NCBI GenBank assembly: GCA_951406725.2
Contig: OX597826.1
Span: forward strand, 5,766,001-5,830,000
DNA length: 64,000 nucleotides
Reading direction: 5' to 3'
Source of the DNA: Octopus vulgaris
Lineage: Eukaryota
Shown: one piece after another, positions 40,704-53,108 of the stretch
Layout of the letters: each line of letters starts with the position of its first letter
How positions within the stretch are numbered: the first letter of the stretch is position 1
Translations under genes and position numbers: made by a program
Notes under the pieces: model-generated
Told to the model about the DNA's origin: nothing
Database searches by the model: none
Seen by the model: the letters and a program-made list of their open reading frames with translations, nothing else

Positions 40704-41289
40704 TTATATAATATATATATATTGATATATAGATAGATGAATGCTTAATAAAATGGAAGTAAAATAACCTATTGATCACGATTCTGACTACAAAATATAT
40801 CTATTGGTTTCTCTATGTGATATTCCAATTCATTATTGATCAATTGAATTAAATTTTGATCGTGATGTAATATCCTCTTATACCTAAATGAATTAATATA
40901 TTATTTGTGTGAACCTAGATATGAATCAATAATAATACATTCAAGAAGGCCCTTCATTTCCCCTCGTCCCTGCTATTCTGGTGAAATAAGTTGTAGTTAG
41001 TTAGGTACTCCTTGCTACTGAGTCCCATAGACGTCGACTGACTGAGTGTAGAGTATGGGTACAGATCGTACGGAAGTCTGTTTGCTACTTTTCGTCTACA
41101 CAAGCAATAGATAGTCGACGTGTTTTACATGCAACGAGATCTAAATAGATACAATTTAAACTGATGGCCTTTATAACATTTATATTTGCATATAATCATA
41201 TATTATTTTTTAAATTTTTTCTACGCTGCAGCACAATAGACGTGGGAATGCTTGTACTCCGCCATTGTAATCACCTTTTCAATAGGCAT

Positions 41290-41850
41290 TCTTATAGGAC
41301 TGGCTTTGGGTGACACTGGTGGTGTTTTGATTTCCTTGCCCTGATATTGGTTCATCTGTGACGTTAGAAAGCAGGAGCTCGAATTGTTTCTTTGACACAT
41401 CTATGCCGATTCAACTAAGATCTCTCAGATGATTTGGGAAGGCATTAAATATATGTCAGCCTTTTAATTCCAAGCTGTTGCAGTACCTGGTTCTCATTCT
41501 AGACGAGGTAGCTAGGACATTTAGAACACTGCAGTAACGTCCATTTCGGAGGCTGTTATAGCTCTCGATGCCAAAGTTTGGTACTAATCAAACCAAGGTA
41601 TTGTATAGTTATACCACTGCATACCCCTACCGTCTTCGCTCCAGGGAATAGAGGGATAGCTCTTTCACTCTCTCCCAGTAGCTCAGCTGTTCCAGTGACG
41701 CACTCTTCCTGGTGTAGCGCCGCTGTACTGCCTCAAGTTCGCTACTACTTTAATACTGTCGGATGACCAGAGGGCTAAGTTAAACATCCTCCATAGAACT
41801 ATCGTATCTTCCTTCCTGCTCCCTTGTTTTGAAAGTTCTCAAAATCCATA
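41290..41850 (-). mobile_element. CR1-like LINE, degenerate ORF2 C-terminus
   Basis: Manual translation: ILRTFKTR...LWS...AVQRRYTRK...LSYWERVKELSLYSLERRR...LVPNFGI...RNGRYC...IFNAFPNHLRDL...NVTDEP. Confidence 0.85.
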
Positions 41851-41916
41851 CAGTCACATACACACACACACACATATATATATGTATGTATGTATGATTG
41901 TATGTATGTATATATT

Positions 41917-41968
<52 letters not shown>

Positions 41969-43020
41969 CGTTGGGTAAATGCATTTCGTAGATGAGCTAC
42001 ACTAATGATTAGGAGACTGGGTGGGGGACACGTACGGTGCGGATTCCAGAAAAGGTGGAACGTTTCAGATAAGCCTTGATGCCGAGTCCGAGCCGCTCTG
42101 CTCGGAAGCATTGCAATGGACTTGGTATCGGTAATCGATCGGTAAGGCCTATTTTGTATGAAGCTCTGCATGTCCACCCGTGCAAATTGGTCATTGGGCA
42201 ACAGTTGGAACCATGAGACTATGCACACGGTTTAACTTTGCATGTTAGGTGGAAGCAATTTTTGAGGCAAATGACAACTTCATTTTGTTAATGAGTAATG
42301 AAGATCATTTTCATCTCAATGTCATGGTGAATCAACAGAACTTTCGTTACTGGGCTCTTGAAAATCCGAAAGAACTGCACGAAAGATCACTGCACAACCC
42401 GAAGTGACGGCTTGGTGTGCTGTTAGAAAATCTGCCGTGATTGGTCCTTCATTTTTCTGAAAACAATAATGGAAATGCTGTCACTGTGAACACCAACCGT
42501 TACATAGAGATGATAAACAACTTTTATGTGCCTGAATTACGGCGAAAACGTATGCCTATTCGACTTGTGTGGTTTCAGCAGGATGGAGGGCGGCCCACAC
42601 TGTCAGAGCATCAATGGACGATCTTTGCCCTCACTTCGGTGATCGGCTCCTTTCCAGTTTTGCTGATATCCTTTGGTACTTTGGGTCCGCTGATTTGTCC
42701 ATATGTGATTATTTCTTGCGAGAAAGTCTCAAGGCACGTGTCTATGTGCATAAGCTCCGCACGTTGTATGATTTGAAGGACGTTATTCGCGTAGAAGTCG
42801 ACCTAATTGACAGAGAAATTACGGAGAGTGGATGTAAACTTCCAAGAACGCCTTCAAAATTGCACCTATAAAAACGGCCCCACATGATGGATGCTGTTCC
42901 ACACGGTATTTTGCTGCTAATTCACTACGAATACGTTGATATCAATGAAATTGGTTTCCAGTTAAATTTAATGATTTTGTGAATTTTTCAAAAACGTCCT
43001 TCCTGTCTGCCCCTCCCTGT
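41969..43020 (+). mobile_element. rosa/DD41D Tc1/mariner transposon, 5'-truncated pseudogene
   Basis: RWVNAFR...SPSRSARKH...HPCK, HFHLN..VNQQNFRYWA.ENP, WFQQDG...SADLSICDYFL; 41 residues between the 2nd and 3rd catalytic D after repairing one frameshift; probable right TIR ~42992-43020 (...ctgcccctccctgt). Confidence 0.9.
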
Positions 43021-44792
43021 GCGCGTTGTTGCGTGTGGGTCTGTGTGTATGTGTGTGCATGTGTATACGATAAAATATATAACTCTTCTATGTACGCAAT
43101 AGCATATTTGAACGAAATTATCTCATCGTTGATGCTTTCACCAACTGAGAATGCCTCATCCATTCACGCAAACACACGATTCATCAGTGAAACCGTATAA
43201 GATGATTTCAAACTAACGCGATTTTTTTTACTTAATTGTATGATAAATCTCGCAATAGGATCTAATCGTATGATAAATATGATAAATCGCGCAATAGGAA
43301 ACAGGCGATATGCATAGAATATCGTCAAATACTAAATATAATATACCCGAAAAAGAAATGATGGCCAAGATTAAAATTTGGATTGAAGGATATGATCACG
43401 ATACGCGTGATAATATCTCATAAACCTCCATCATAATAAGGCAATGACTACGAATCAGCATGAATCAGACTCTAAAATAACTGATAAAAAAAGAATAAGT
43501 AACGAATTTAAGCGGATTTTCGTCTGAAATATGTATATTATTCTACTCAGAACTTCACATTTTGATAAATGATAGCATTTCTGATCCGAAAGTAGTCGCG
43601 ACCATTACTTCATATTAAATAAATTGATATCAATTATATACAGCAGACTGCTTAGAGAGCGATAGCAAAAGGAAAAGTAGGAGAACAACTGAGATATATG
43701 CCATGATAGGCAGAAGCCAACAATAACAGGGAAAAAAATGTTCAGGAGAAAAGAGAGAGCTGTCGAATTTACAATACTAGATTTCATTTGAGATATTAGA
43801 ATGACAATGCGTTAATTGGCTACATGGGAAGAGGTTTAGTCATAAGTGGATGCAGAAGGAGAGAAATACATATATCTTCCTTATAACGGGAGAGTAAAGT
43901 GACTACAGAAATAAATGTTGCGGCTAAAATTACACTGAAATTCCTACTTGTATTGAAAGTCAAATGTCAAAATATGTATGCAGATCTAGACAAAATGGAA
44001 ATTACAACCAAACATGTGTGAAGAGTGGTGTATATTATTTAATATGACGGTCTATAATAACTTCATATTTATGTCACATTTTACTTTGGATTTTTTTACG
44101 TGCATGTATTAAAATTCTGCGAATATGTCAAATGAAATTGTTAATAACCGATAGAAAATATTCAATAAACGATATTGCCATATCATTTCCAAAAGGAAAT
44201 ATTCGAATCTCTTCAATGTTTTATAGATATGAAAACAAAAAAAAAAAAAATGCTGCAACGTTTATTCCAATGGTGTATTAAAATTATTTTGATAAACTTT
44301 GAAATTTGTAATACGATGTTATGTAATAAGGTTATTTTTTAAAATTTTTATTTCATTTGCTTTTAATCCAGTTGGAAGATAATTGATTTTACAAATTGGA
44401 AACTTTTGCTGATGTATACCTACACCATACCCACTCACATTTACATACACACTCGCACACAGAATCACACAAGTGCGTATATACACCCACTCATACATTT
44501 AGTAATGATATATAAATGAAGATGATGGATAGCATGTAGATAAAAAATTAATAGATTTAGCCTTACACTTTAAAGTTTGCTTAAAATGTTATGAATGTGT
44601 GATACTGTGTGGACGTGTCTTTATGCGTATCTGCGCTTAAGTATATGTGTGTATGTGTGTGGATCTGTGTGCTTGAATCAGTGCAAATGGTTCTATGTAT
44701 GTTGTATGTATGTACGGGTTGGAATGTATCTGCGTATGTTTATACAGACACACACATGTACGTATTTATACATACATATACATGTACGTATA

Positions 44793-45477
44793 CAAGGTCT
44801 GACCAAAACGTTTCAGAACTGCTTCTTTTGAAAGTAAACTACAGCAGGTATAAATTCGTTACTTAAAGTCATTCGAAGTCTCCGCCTTCTCAATCCATAC
44901 ATGTACCCACTCGATGGAAGCATTCCTGGAACTCCTTTCTTGAGATAGCGAGCAACTACCTCGAGGCTTTCTATTGGATTTCGTTTCAAGTAGCATTTGA
45001 TTTTTGGAAAGAGGAAAAGAAGAAATATTGCCGGTATCTCCAATCTTTTTGCAAGATTTGTTGACATTTTTCTACTCAACTGAAGTTGTCTGTGTACGGC
45101 AGGTTTGGTAGCCTTCAATTAACACTATCTCCTCCGAGACCCTGTGGCGCAAGTTGTCCAAAATTGAGAGTATGATAGAAGAAGGCTTGTTCTTCCTTCT
45201 GTAGAAGAAAAAAACTTGCGCGTAGCTAGGTCACGTTGGTTCAGTGAAATTACTTTTTAAACTATAATGTAGCTTTCTATACTTTCTGTGCGATGGTCAC
45301 TGATGGAACCTGTGTACTATGGTAAAACGATAGCGATCAACATCATCGACTTTTAAGGATTTCTAAGACCAATGAATGAGAAAGAGAATGTTATAACTTA
45401 GTTCCAAGCGTGTTCACTTTGCATACTTTAGCTCGGTTTACATCGCAATAGAACCGATAGTTTTTGCTTAGACCTCG
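44793..45477 (-). mobile_element. Decayed mariner-like element with nested Helitron fragment
   Basis: TA-flanked imperfect TIRs caaggtctgaccaaaacgtttc / gatagtttttgcttagacctcg; minus-strand FLFPKIKCYLK resembles mariner DFFLFPKLK. Confidence 0.55.
45081..45217 (+). mobile_element. Helitron 5' fragment (same family as 47310-47670)
   Basis: aacactatctcctccgagaccctg...gaaggcttgttcttccttc is the reverse complement of ~47560-47645. Confidence 0.8.
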
Positions 45478-45539
45478 TATGTATGTGCATAATGCATTCA
45501 TGTAAGTTTCGATGCATTTTGTATGCATGTATGTAGGGG

Positions 45540-45845
45540 TTTTGTTTGTTCCTTCTCGAGCCATGCGTCGCTCAAAAGGGCCGTTTTCCCGGTTTCCTTG
45601 GCGTATAGGTTCCCCACCTGGACGGGACGGCGGTCCGTCGCAGGTGAGCTGCAAGATGCAGGAGGAAAGAGTGAGAGAAAGTTGTGGCGAAAGAGTCAGC
45701 AGAAGTTTGCCATTACCTTCTGCCCGAGCCGCGTGGAGCTTAAATGTTTTGCTCATAAATACACACATCGCCCGGTCTGAGATTCGAACCCGCGAAACTT
45801 CGACCGCGAGTCCGTTGCTCTAACCACTATGCCATGTGCTTCCAC
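45540..45845 (-). mobile_element. tRNA-derived SINE family D, full length
   Basis: Minus strand: A box TGGCATAGTGG, B box GGTTCGAATC, body cctgcgacggaccgccgtcccgtccagg, tail aacaaacaaaa. Confidence 0.88.
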
Positions 45846-46360
45846 AATGTGGGAGTATATGTATCCTAGTGTGTTAGCATCTGTAGATTTGTTTGCATGT
45901 GCCTCTGTGTATATTATATATTTTAAAGTAGGTTCCTTTCCCGTGATTTCAATTTCAGGCCACAGATCTGGAAAAAAGAAATCAATTGCGTTACTAAGTA
46001 TACCTACGTATTAAGTACTGTTTTACATTTATCGATGAAAAGCAACTACACAATAACACACAGACGTCAACATATGTTACAATGCTTGTATGAGTATATA
46101 TATATATGTATCTGTGTATGTATGCATAGATTTTCTTCGAGATTTTTCTCTCATTTTTAGTCTTCAAACTGCTCACTGAAAAATGACCAAGCACTTTCGT
46201 TTTTGTCAAAACTGATCTTACGATCGTGAGCTAAATACTGTTGTAGCGAAGCCAAGCGCCTTTAATTCTGTGTTTACACTTAGGCCCCTTGTAAATATAA
46301 CTGCTGCCAGTGCTAATATAGTGACTTGCAGTGACTTTGTAATATACATATTAAAATAAT

Positions 46361-46577
46361 CCTTTTTATTTTAGGCACAAGGACTGAAGTTCTTTGGGGA
46401 GGGGGACTAGTCAATTACATCGACCCCAGTTCTCAACTGGTATTTATTTCATCGACCCCGGAAGGATGAAAGGCAAAGTCAACCTCGGCAGATTTGAACT
46501 CAGAACGTAAAGATGGACGAAATGCCACTTAGGACTTTTCCCGGCGTGCTAACGGCTCTGCCAGCTCGCTGCCTTGC
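46361..46577 (-). mobile_element. SINE family A, alternative-tail subfamily, full length
   Basis: Complete head and body; TSD tattaaaataat (46349-46360) / tattaaagtaat (46579-46590). Confidence 0.9.
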
Positions 46578-47216
46578 TTATTAAAGTAATGTTGCTCACT
46601 GATAAAATTAATGGTGGCTGGCAACAAACGTTGTATCACTCTAAAATATAAGGCATAATCATTTGACTGATTACATACGGCTAATCCATTTCTTAAAGAA
46701 CGTCTTTACTGTGTTAAAAATTCTGTGTTTTATATTTGTCATCATCTTTTGCCACAATTCTGTTCCGAAGTCTGCTCACAGTCCTACTGCAAAGAGCTAG
46801 TGAATTATTTTGTTAGAATGTGTTGAGAGATCGGCTAGGATTACTGCGTGGGACTGATGCATGCCTTTCTGGAACAACCCGATTATGTTCAACATCTAGA
46901 TGAATTGGTTTCGATATTTATTGCCTTGGTATCAATTATATTATGAATTTCATCATAGTGAGTTGAATTGAATAAAATCTATTTTGTCACCCAAGCCAGC
47001 TTCTGTGATGATGAATGCCTTTAAATCTTTCTCAGTTTGACAGTTGGAGAGTGAAGAATTATTTCCCTCCTGTCACCTGAGACGAGCTGGAAGCCGCTGT
47101 ATGGTTTGCGTTTTGGCACCCTTTGACGTATAAATGATGAAATTATGACTTGTTCTTTGATATTCAACAATTGATGTTGAGATGCCGCACGGGTACATAT
47201 ACATACATACACATAT

Positions 47217-47296
<80 letters not shown>

Positions 47297-47309
47297 ATAT
47301 ATATATATA

Positions 47310-47670
47310 CTAGCAGTATTGCCCGGCGTTGCTCGGGTTTGTTTCGACCCTTTAGAATTGAAATTTTTGAAAGCTAACATTCGGCATTATGTAGCTTTTT
47401 ATTCTCTTTAAGTGAACATTTTCCTGGTTGAAATACACCGAAAAATGGCGACACAGCAGTCAAAAAATCGTAAAAAATAGGGATTTTCATAGAAAAAAAG
47501 CACCTTTTTGATGTAAATAATTTTTGGTATTAACACGGTCCAATTTGAATTTTTTTTCTACGGAAGGAAGAACAAGCCTTCTTCTATCATACTTTCAATT
47601 TAGGACAACTTGTGCCTCAGGGTCTCGGAGGAGATAGTGTTAGTTGAAGACAACTTCAGCTTTATATATA
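47310..47670 (-). mobile_element. Non-autonomous Helitron
   Basis: CTAG at 47310-47313 plus hairpin cccggcgttgctcggg, as in the 38700-39097 terminus; 5' end tatatataaagctgaagttgtc abuts a SINE B. Confidence 0.87.
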
Positions 47671-48069
47671 GGAGTGGCTGTGTGGTAAGTTGCTTGATGA
47701 CCAACCACATGGTTCCGGGTTCAGTCCCACTGCATGGCACCTTGGGCAAGTGTCTTCTACTATAGCCTCGGGCCGACCAAAGCCTTGTGAGTGGATTTGG
47801 TAGACGGAAACAGAAAGAAGCTCGTCGTATATATGTATATATATATATATATATGTGTTTGTGTGTCAGTGTTTGTCCCCCTAGTATTGCTTGACAACCG
47901 ATGCTGGTGTGTTTATGTCCCCGTCACTTAGCGGTTCGGCAAAAGAGACCGATAGAATAAGTACTGGGCTTACAAAGAATAAGTCCCGGGTCGAGTTGCT
48001 CGATTAAAGGTGGTGCTCCAGCATGGCCGCAGTCAAATGACTGAAACAAGTAAAAGAGAGTAAAAGAGA
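47671..48069 (+). mobile_element. SINE family B, full length
   Basis: ggagtggctgtgtggtaag...ggttcagtcccactg...ccttgggcaagtgtctt (CORE-like)...(TA)n...gctccagcatggccgcagtcaaatgactgaaacaagtaaaagag. Confidence 0.95.
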
Positions 48070-48557
48070 TATGCTCCGAAACAAACAAAAATATATTTCG
48101 TTATCGGTATATGTTCCTTGCCGACTCATCTGTTCTATGGCTGTACATACAGCAACTAATATATCCATCAGTTTACTGAAACAAAAAAAAAAAAAAAGAA
48201 AAACGAATGTGTTCGCCATGAATCTTATTGAACGCTTAATAAATATCTGCGTTTGTTTTTAAAATAGCGCGTAGCTGGGTCACGTTGGTTCAGTGCAATT
48301 ACTTTTTATTGTATTACATCAATTATATAGAAAAAGGTGTTCTACCTACAGACATAAAAGATCTATGTAGTTGTTAGAAGTGTTACTGAATTAATCTGGT
48401 AAATATATTGAGTGTACTAACTTACCTTTCATGAAATCAAATTACCGAAACATCAATGATCACTGAGGATACTCCAGTTTTAGTAATATTTTAGGTTTGT
48501 ATATATATACAGCTTACTGTGAAAGTGTATATGCATATTAATTGAGAGACATCTTTA

Positions 48558-48800
48558 ATCTCTTACTTGCTCCATTCAGTTCATTACGCAGTGGCCATGA
48601 TGCAGCACTGCCTCGAAGAGTTCAGTCGAACAAATCGAACTCGGTACTAATTAAATTTGGATTTAATCAGTTGGATTCTTATTCCATCGATGTCTTTTGC
48701 CGAACTGTAAATTTACGAGGACGCAGACCAAACAATAGCGGTTGACAAACAGTACTGACGACAACCACAAAGGCAGACACAAAAGACAAAGAGACACACA
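48558..48800 (-). mobile_element. SINE family B, degenerate 3' half
   Basis: ggccatgatgcagcactgcct...cttttgccgaactgtaaatttacgaggacg. Confidence 0.65.
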
Positions 48801-50070
48801 GACAAACAAACACATACACACACATACATTTCGACAAAATAAATTGGATTATTTATTCTGGTTCTTTACGTTCTAAGTTTGATTCTCATCCAGTTAGCAC
48901 GGAAGTATACCTGCACATAATCTAATCCTCTTAATACTATCTGTCTTTATCTGTCCCTGTGTCTCCCTAGTTGTCACCAATTTGAATCTTCACTGCCTGG
49001 AATGAATGAGGTTCAACTGAGTATACACAAAACCACATACGAGTAAAACCTATAGAGAGAAGGGCCACTACATGCTGGAATAAATCTACAGACCCTTCGG
49101 TGCAGCATCGATGTGAGTTATGTAAGAGTATTTTACGAATGATTTATTTTTTTTCTAATTTACAACTTAAAAACCCAGTTCGCCGACAGCATCTCTCGTG
49201 AATCTCCCATCATGAGGCATACTTTTCGAAATTACTGTAAAATATAAATCCCTGAATTTCCATGACTTCATAATTTTCAGATGCAATGAAAAAACAAAAA
49301 AATTACACCCTTCATTACAGCTTATATAATAAAGCTGATATTTTTTTGAATCGCAAATTGCTTAAAATTTGGCTGCAAGAATATTTGGTATTGCGCAATT
49401 GAGATTGAAATCTGTATAATCCGCCACTAAAATTTTTCCCTAAAATAAAACACAATATCACTGTCAAAACAAGCATTAAAAATTTTAAAATTATTTTCTG
49501 CTTTAAATATTAAAAAAAAAAGATACTTAAAAAAAGAAACATTTAAACATGAAGAAATTGCTATAATGTGAAATATTAAGGATTAAACCCGGCATTTCTT
49601 GTAATATAATAATAGTGTTCATACTTAAAGATATTCAGTATTTTGTTGGTTTTCTGCGTGTTCTGAAATTTTAAATGTTTCGGGCTTCTTATCACAATGG
49701 CCGTGCAATCCATTCACTGCTGCAAACCCCAGCAGCAATATTTTCATTTGCCATTTCAATTGTAGAGAAGTTATTTCAAATCTGAATATCACCATTGTGT
49801 ATGTAATTCACACACAAACACATACACATGCTCGTACACACACATTCACACACACACACACATTTATATACAAAGTCGAATAGGCACAGAAACACACGCA
49901 CGCTAAATATACACACACACACACACTTTCTCTCACACAGATATATACACACACTCCTACCTCTACACCATTTGGAATCATAGAAGGAGTGATCCACCAT
50001 ATATCTGTAGCCACAACTTCTATTTTGTTTGACAGCATTCAGTCAACTTACTAAAAACATTATTGTAAGA

Positions 50071-50072
<2 letters not shown>

Positions 50073-50106
<34 letters not shown>

Positions 50107-50125
50107 TATTATTATTATTATTATT

Positions 50126-50158
<33 letters not shown>

Positions 50159-50200
50159 GCTGTTGTTGTTGATGTTGTTGTAATCGTCGTCGTCGCTGTT
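50073..50200. repeat. (ATT)n(GTT)n microsatellite
   Basis: Direct reading. Confidence 0.95.
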
Positions 50201-50452
50201 ATTATGAATATGATGTTCGCTATTATTTTCATGGTGGTCTCTGTGACTGCCAGAGACACATTAAGATCAATTATGGACATTAATTTACACATCCATTTCA
50301 TACATATGCAGACAGCCAAATGAAACAAAAGTAAGAGCAGGGATATAGTCTTCAGGAAAATAATGAGAAAAGGGCCGAAGGCAGACTCAGAAGGGGGGAA
50401 TGAAATCAAATTATATCATCGGTAGGAGGTTAGAAATCCCAACTTCATGTAA

Positions 50453-50520
<68 letters not shown>

Positions 50521-50558
50521 TCATACCCTCACACAAAGATATATGTCTATATATACAA

Positions 50559-50598
<40 letters not shown>

Positions 50599-51072
50599 AT
50601 GTATGTAAAATATGTATGTAAAGATATGCATCTTAGTTATCATATATATATAATAGAATTAGAAGTATTATTATGTTATCTATAGGGACGCACGTATATA
50701 TATATTTATATATATATATATATATATCATGCATAAGTACACATGTACACAAAACACACATATGTTTATGTATGCATATTTGCATATACGCATACAATCT
50801 TACATACATATGTTACATCTACATATACAGACGTACATACATATATATACACTTTATATATGTAATATCAATATCTATTTATCTGTCTGCCTGCTTGCCA
50901 ATCTCTTTATCTATCTATCACTCTGTCTGTCTATGTATGTATATATGTATCTATGTCTTTGTTTCTCTCCCCCTCTATCCTTCTTTCACTCTCCATATAT
51001 ATATAGACATACATACATGCATCTATATATATATATATATATATATAGATATACATACATACATGCATCTGT

Positions 51073-51115
<43 letters not shown>

Positions 51116-51634
51116 CGTATTTCCACACACATTTGTGACAGTGTGTTCCTATCTGTGTGTGTACGTGAGTGTGTGGTTGTCTACAATATATATACTTGTT
51201 TACCAACATGGCTTGTACAACAGACGTCTATCGAGATTTAGTGCCACAGTAAAAGAAAAGAATGTTTCGTATTAAACCAATATGAAAATATATGCTCAAT
51301 CTAGGCGTATCATGAAGAACGCAAACGTAGATTTTGACGTCGTAATTCATTTCACAGGACACCATATACGTCAGCCCTGATTTTTCCAATAAGAACCTAT
51401 TTCATGTTTCTATATCTTAATGATTTTCTTGAAGCAAATTTCTTATTGTAGACTAGAAATAATAACTAATGTTTCTACAACGATTTTATTTGTCTGCTGG
51501 TCCTATTTTATGACGTTCTACTGGAAATAGCTAAGTATCTTCTCGAATCTAGGTTTACGTGTCTTCAAGTCAAGAAGGAGTTGCATTGAAATGAATTTAG
51601 TGATGTGAGATAAATACAATAGCTCTACTACTTC

Positions 51635-51869
51635 CGGCGAGCTGGCAGAAACCTTAGCACGCCGGGCGAAATGCGTAGCCGTATTTCATCTGCCGTTACG
51701 TTCCGAGTTCCAAATCCGCCGAGGTCGACTTTGCCTTTCTTCCTTTCGGGGTCGATAAATTAAGTACCAGATACGTACTGGGGTCGATGTAATCGACTTA
51801 ATCCGTTTGTCTGTCCTTGTTTGCCCTCTCTGTGTTTAGCCCCTTGTGGGTAGTAAAGAAATAGGTATT
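51635..51869 (+). mobile_element. SINE family A, near full length, ending with the first bases of a further unit (GGTATT)
   Basis: Head to tail, terminating gtaaagaaataGGTATT. Confidence 0.93.
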
Positions 51870-52469
51870 ATCTATCATTGCTCATATTCATATGTCACAA
51901 TATCGAGAGGAACGCACACGGTGACGATATGTACAGTGCCATGGTGGTAATTGGAGACAGACATTATGGACTAAGATGAAAGTATATTTCATTTCAATAT
52001 GCTTAGATGTTCATTAGAACTATTTATCGGTTAAGACACATAAAAACAGGTGCCGAAGGCGGATTTTCAGTGCGTGAAGCAACCGATATTACAATAGTCT
52101 GTTAGTTTTAAATTAATTCAGTTTGTTATAAAATATGACCCCATATCCATGATGCTGACGATGAAGAAACAAATTTCTCACTCCTGAAGCACTTGAATGG
52201 TCACGATGTGTGAACCAGTTGCTTTATCAAAAGTCAAGTTCCCATGTAGAACGCGAGAAAATAATGGATAATGACCACAGATTATTCGTTCAAAAAAAAA
52301 AAAAAACTACAATTGATAACTATTGTACAAATTTCCAATTGGAATTAAATTAATGACCTCTACATGTGCATATATTCAAAGACCATAAATGTATCTGTTT
52401 ATATTACGCGATAATGACAAACCAACAAGGAGCAATTTGACTACATACAAAGAAATAAGAACCCACAAT

Positions 52470-52963
52470 ATGGTAGAATCCGTAGCCACTCATACTAAAA
52501 AGGAATACCTATAGAATGTACCAGTGATGTCCTCAATAAAATGTACGCATAACAGACCTGATATGATGATTTGGGAAAGAGAAGAGAAACTGTGCATAGT
52601 CGTGGAAATTAGCTGCCCAGCGGATGTTAGCATAAAGCTGAAGATCAGTGAAAAAGAGAACACCCATCCTAAATTATTGAGAAATCTGCAGTTATTATAT
52701 CCAGATTACAAGTTTAAGTGTATACCTCTAATTATTGGGGCCCTACGATATGTAACACATTGCCTAAATACCAATTTCGAGAAATCAGGCTTCTCAAGAC
52801 TAGAAAGAAGAAAGCTAATTCAAAGACTACAGATCCAATCTATCACTGGAACTGTAAAAATCTGTAAAATTTCCAAAAGTTTATCATTTAAATATATATG
52901 AGAATATCTAGATATGCAACTATATGCATGAGAATACATACATAAAACATATAAGACTGCACA

Positions 52964-52997
<34 letters not shown>

Positions 52998-53108
52998 CAA
53001 AAACAGCCTGTTGTTGATGGTGAATTTCCAATGAAGGAGTTTTGGATCTAGGTTAGAAACCGATTCTTTCTTTATTGTCAAGAAATCTTGAAATAAATTG
53101 AATAATAA
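52470..53108 (+). mobile_element. R4/Dong-like (RLE-type) non-LTR retrotransposon 3' fragment
   Basis: ORF 52524-52901 has HNRPDMMIW...VEISCP.D...K..EK...IPLIIGAL (PD-(D/E)xK restriction-like endonuclease); putative 3' UTR ends aataataa directly before (CATA)n. Confidence 0.85.

Noticed and set aside
45770-45845. tRNA-like sequence with A and B boxes
   Set aside because: Continues into a SINE body and simple-repeat tail and does not form a full cloverleaf; it is a SINE head.
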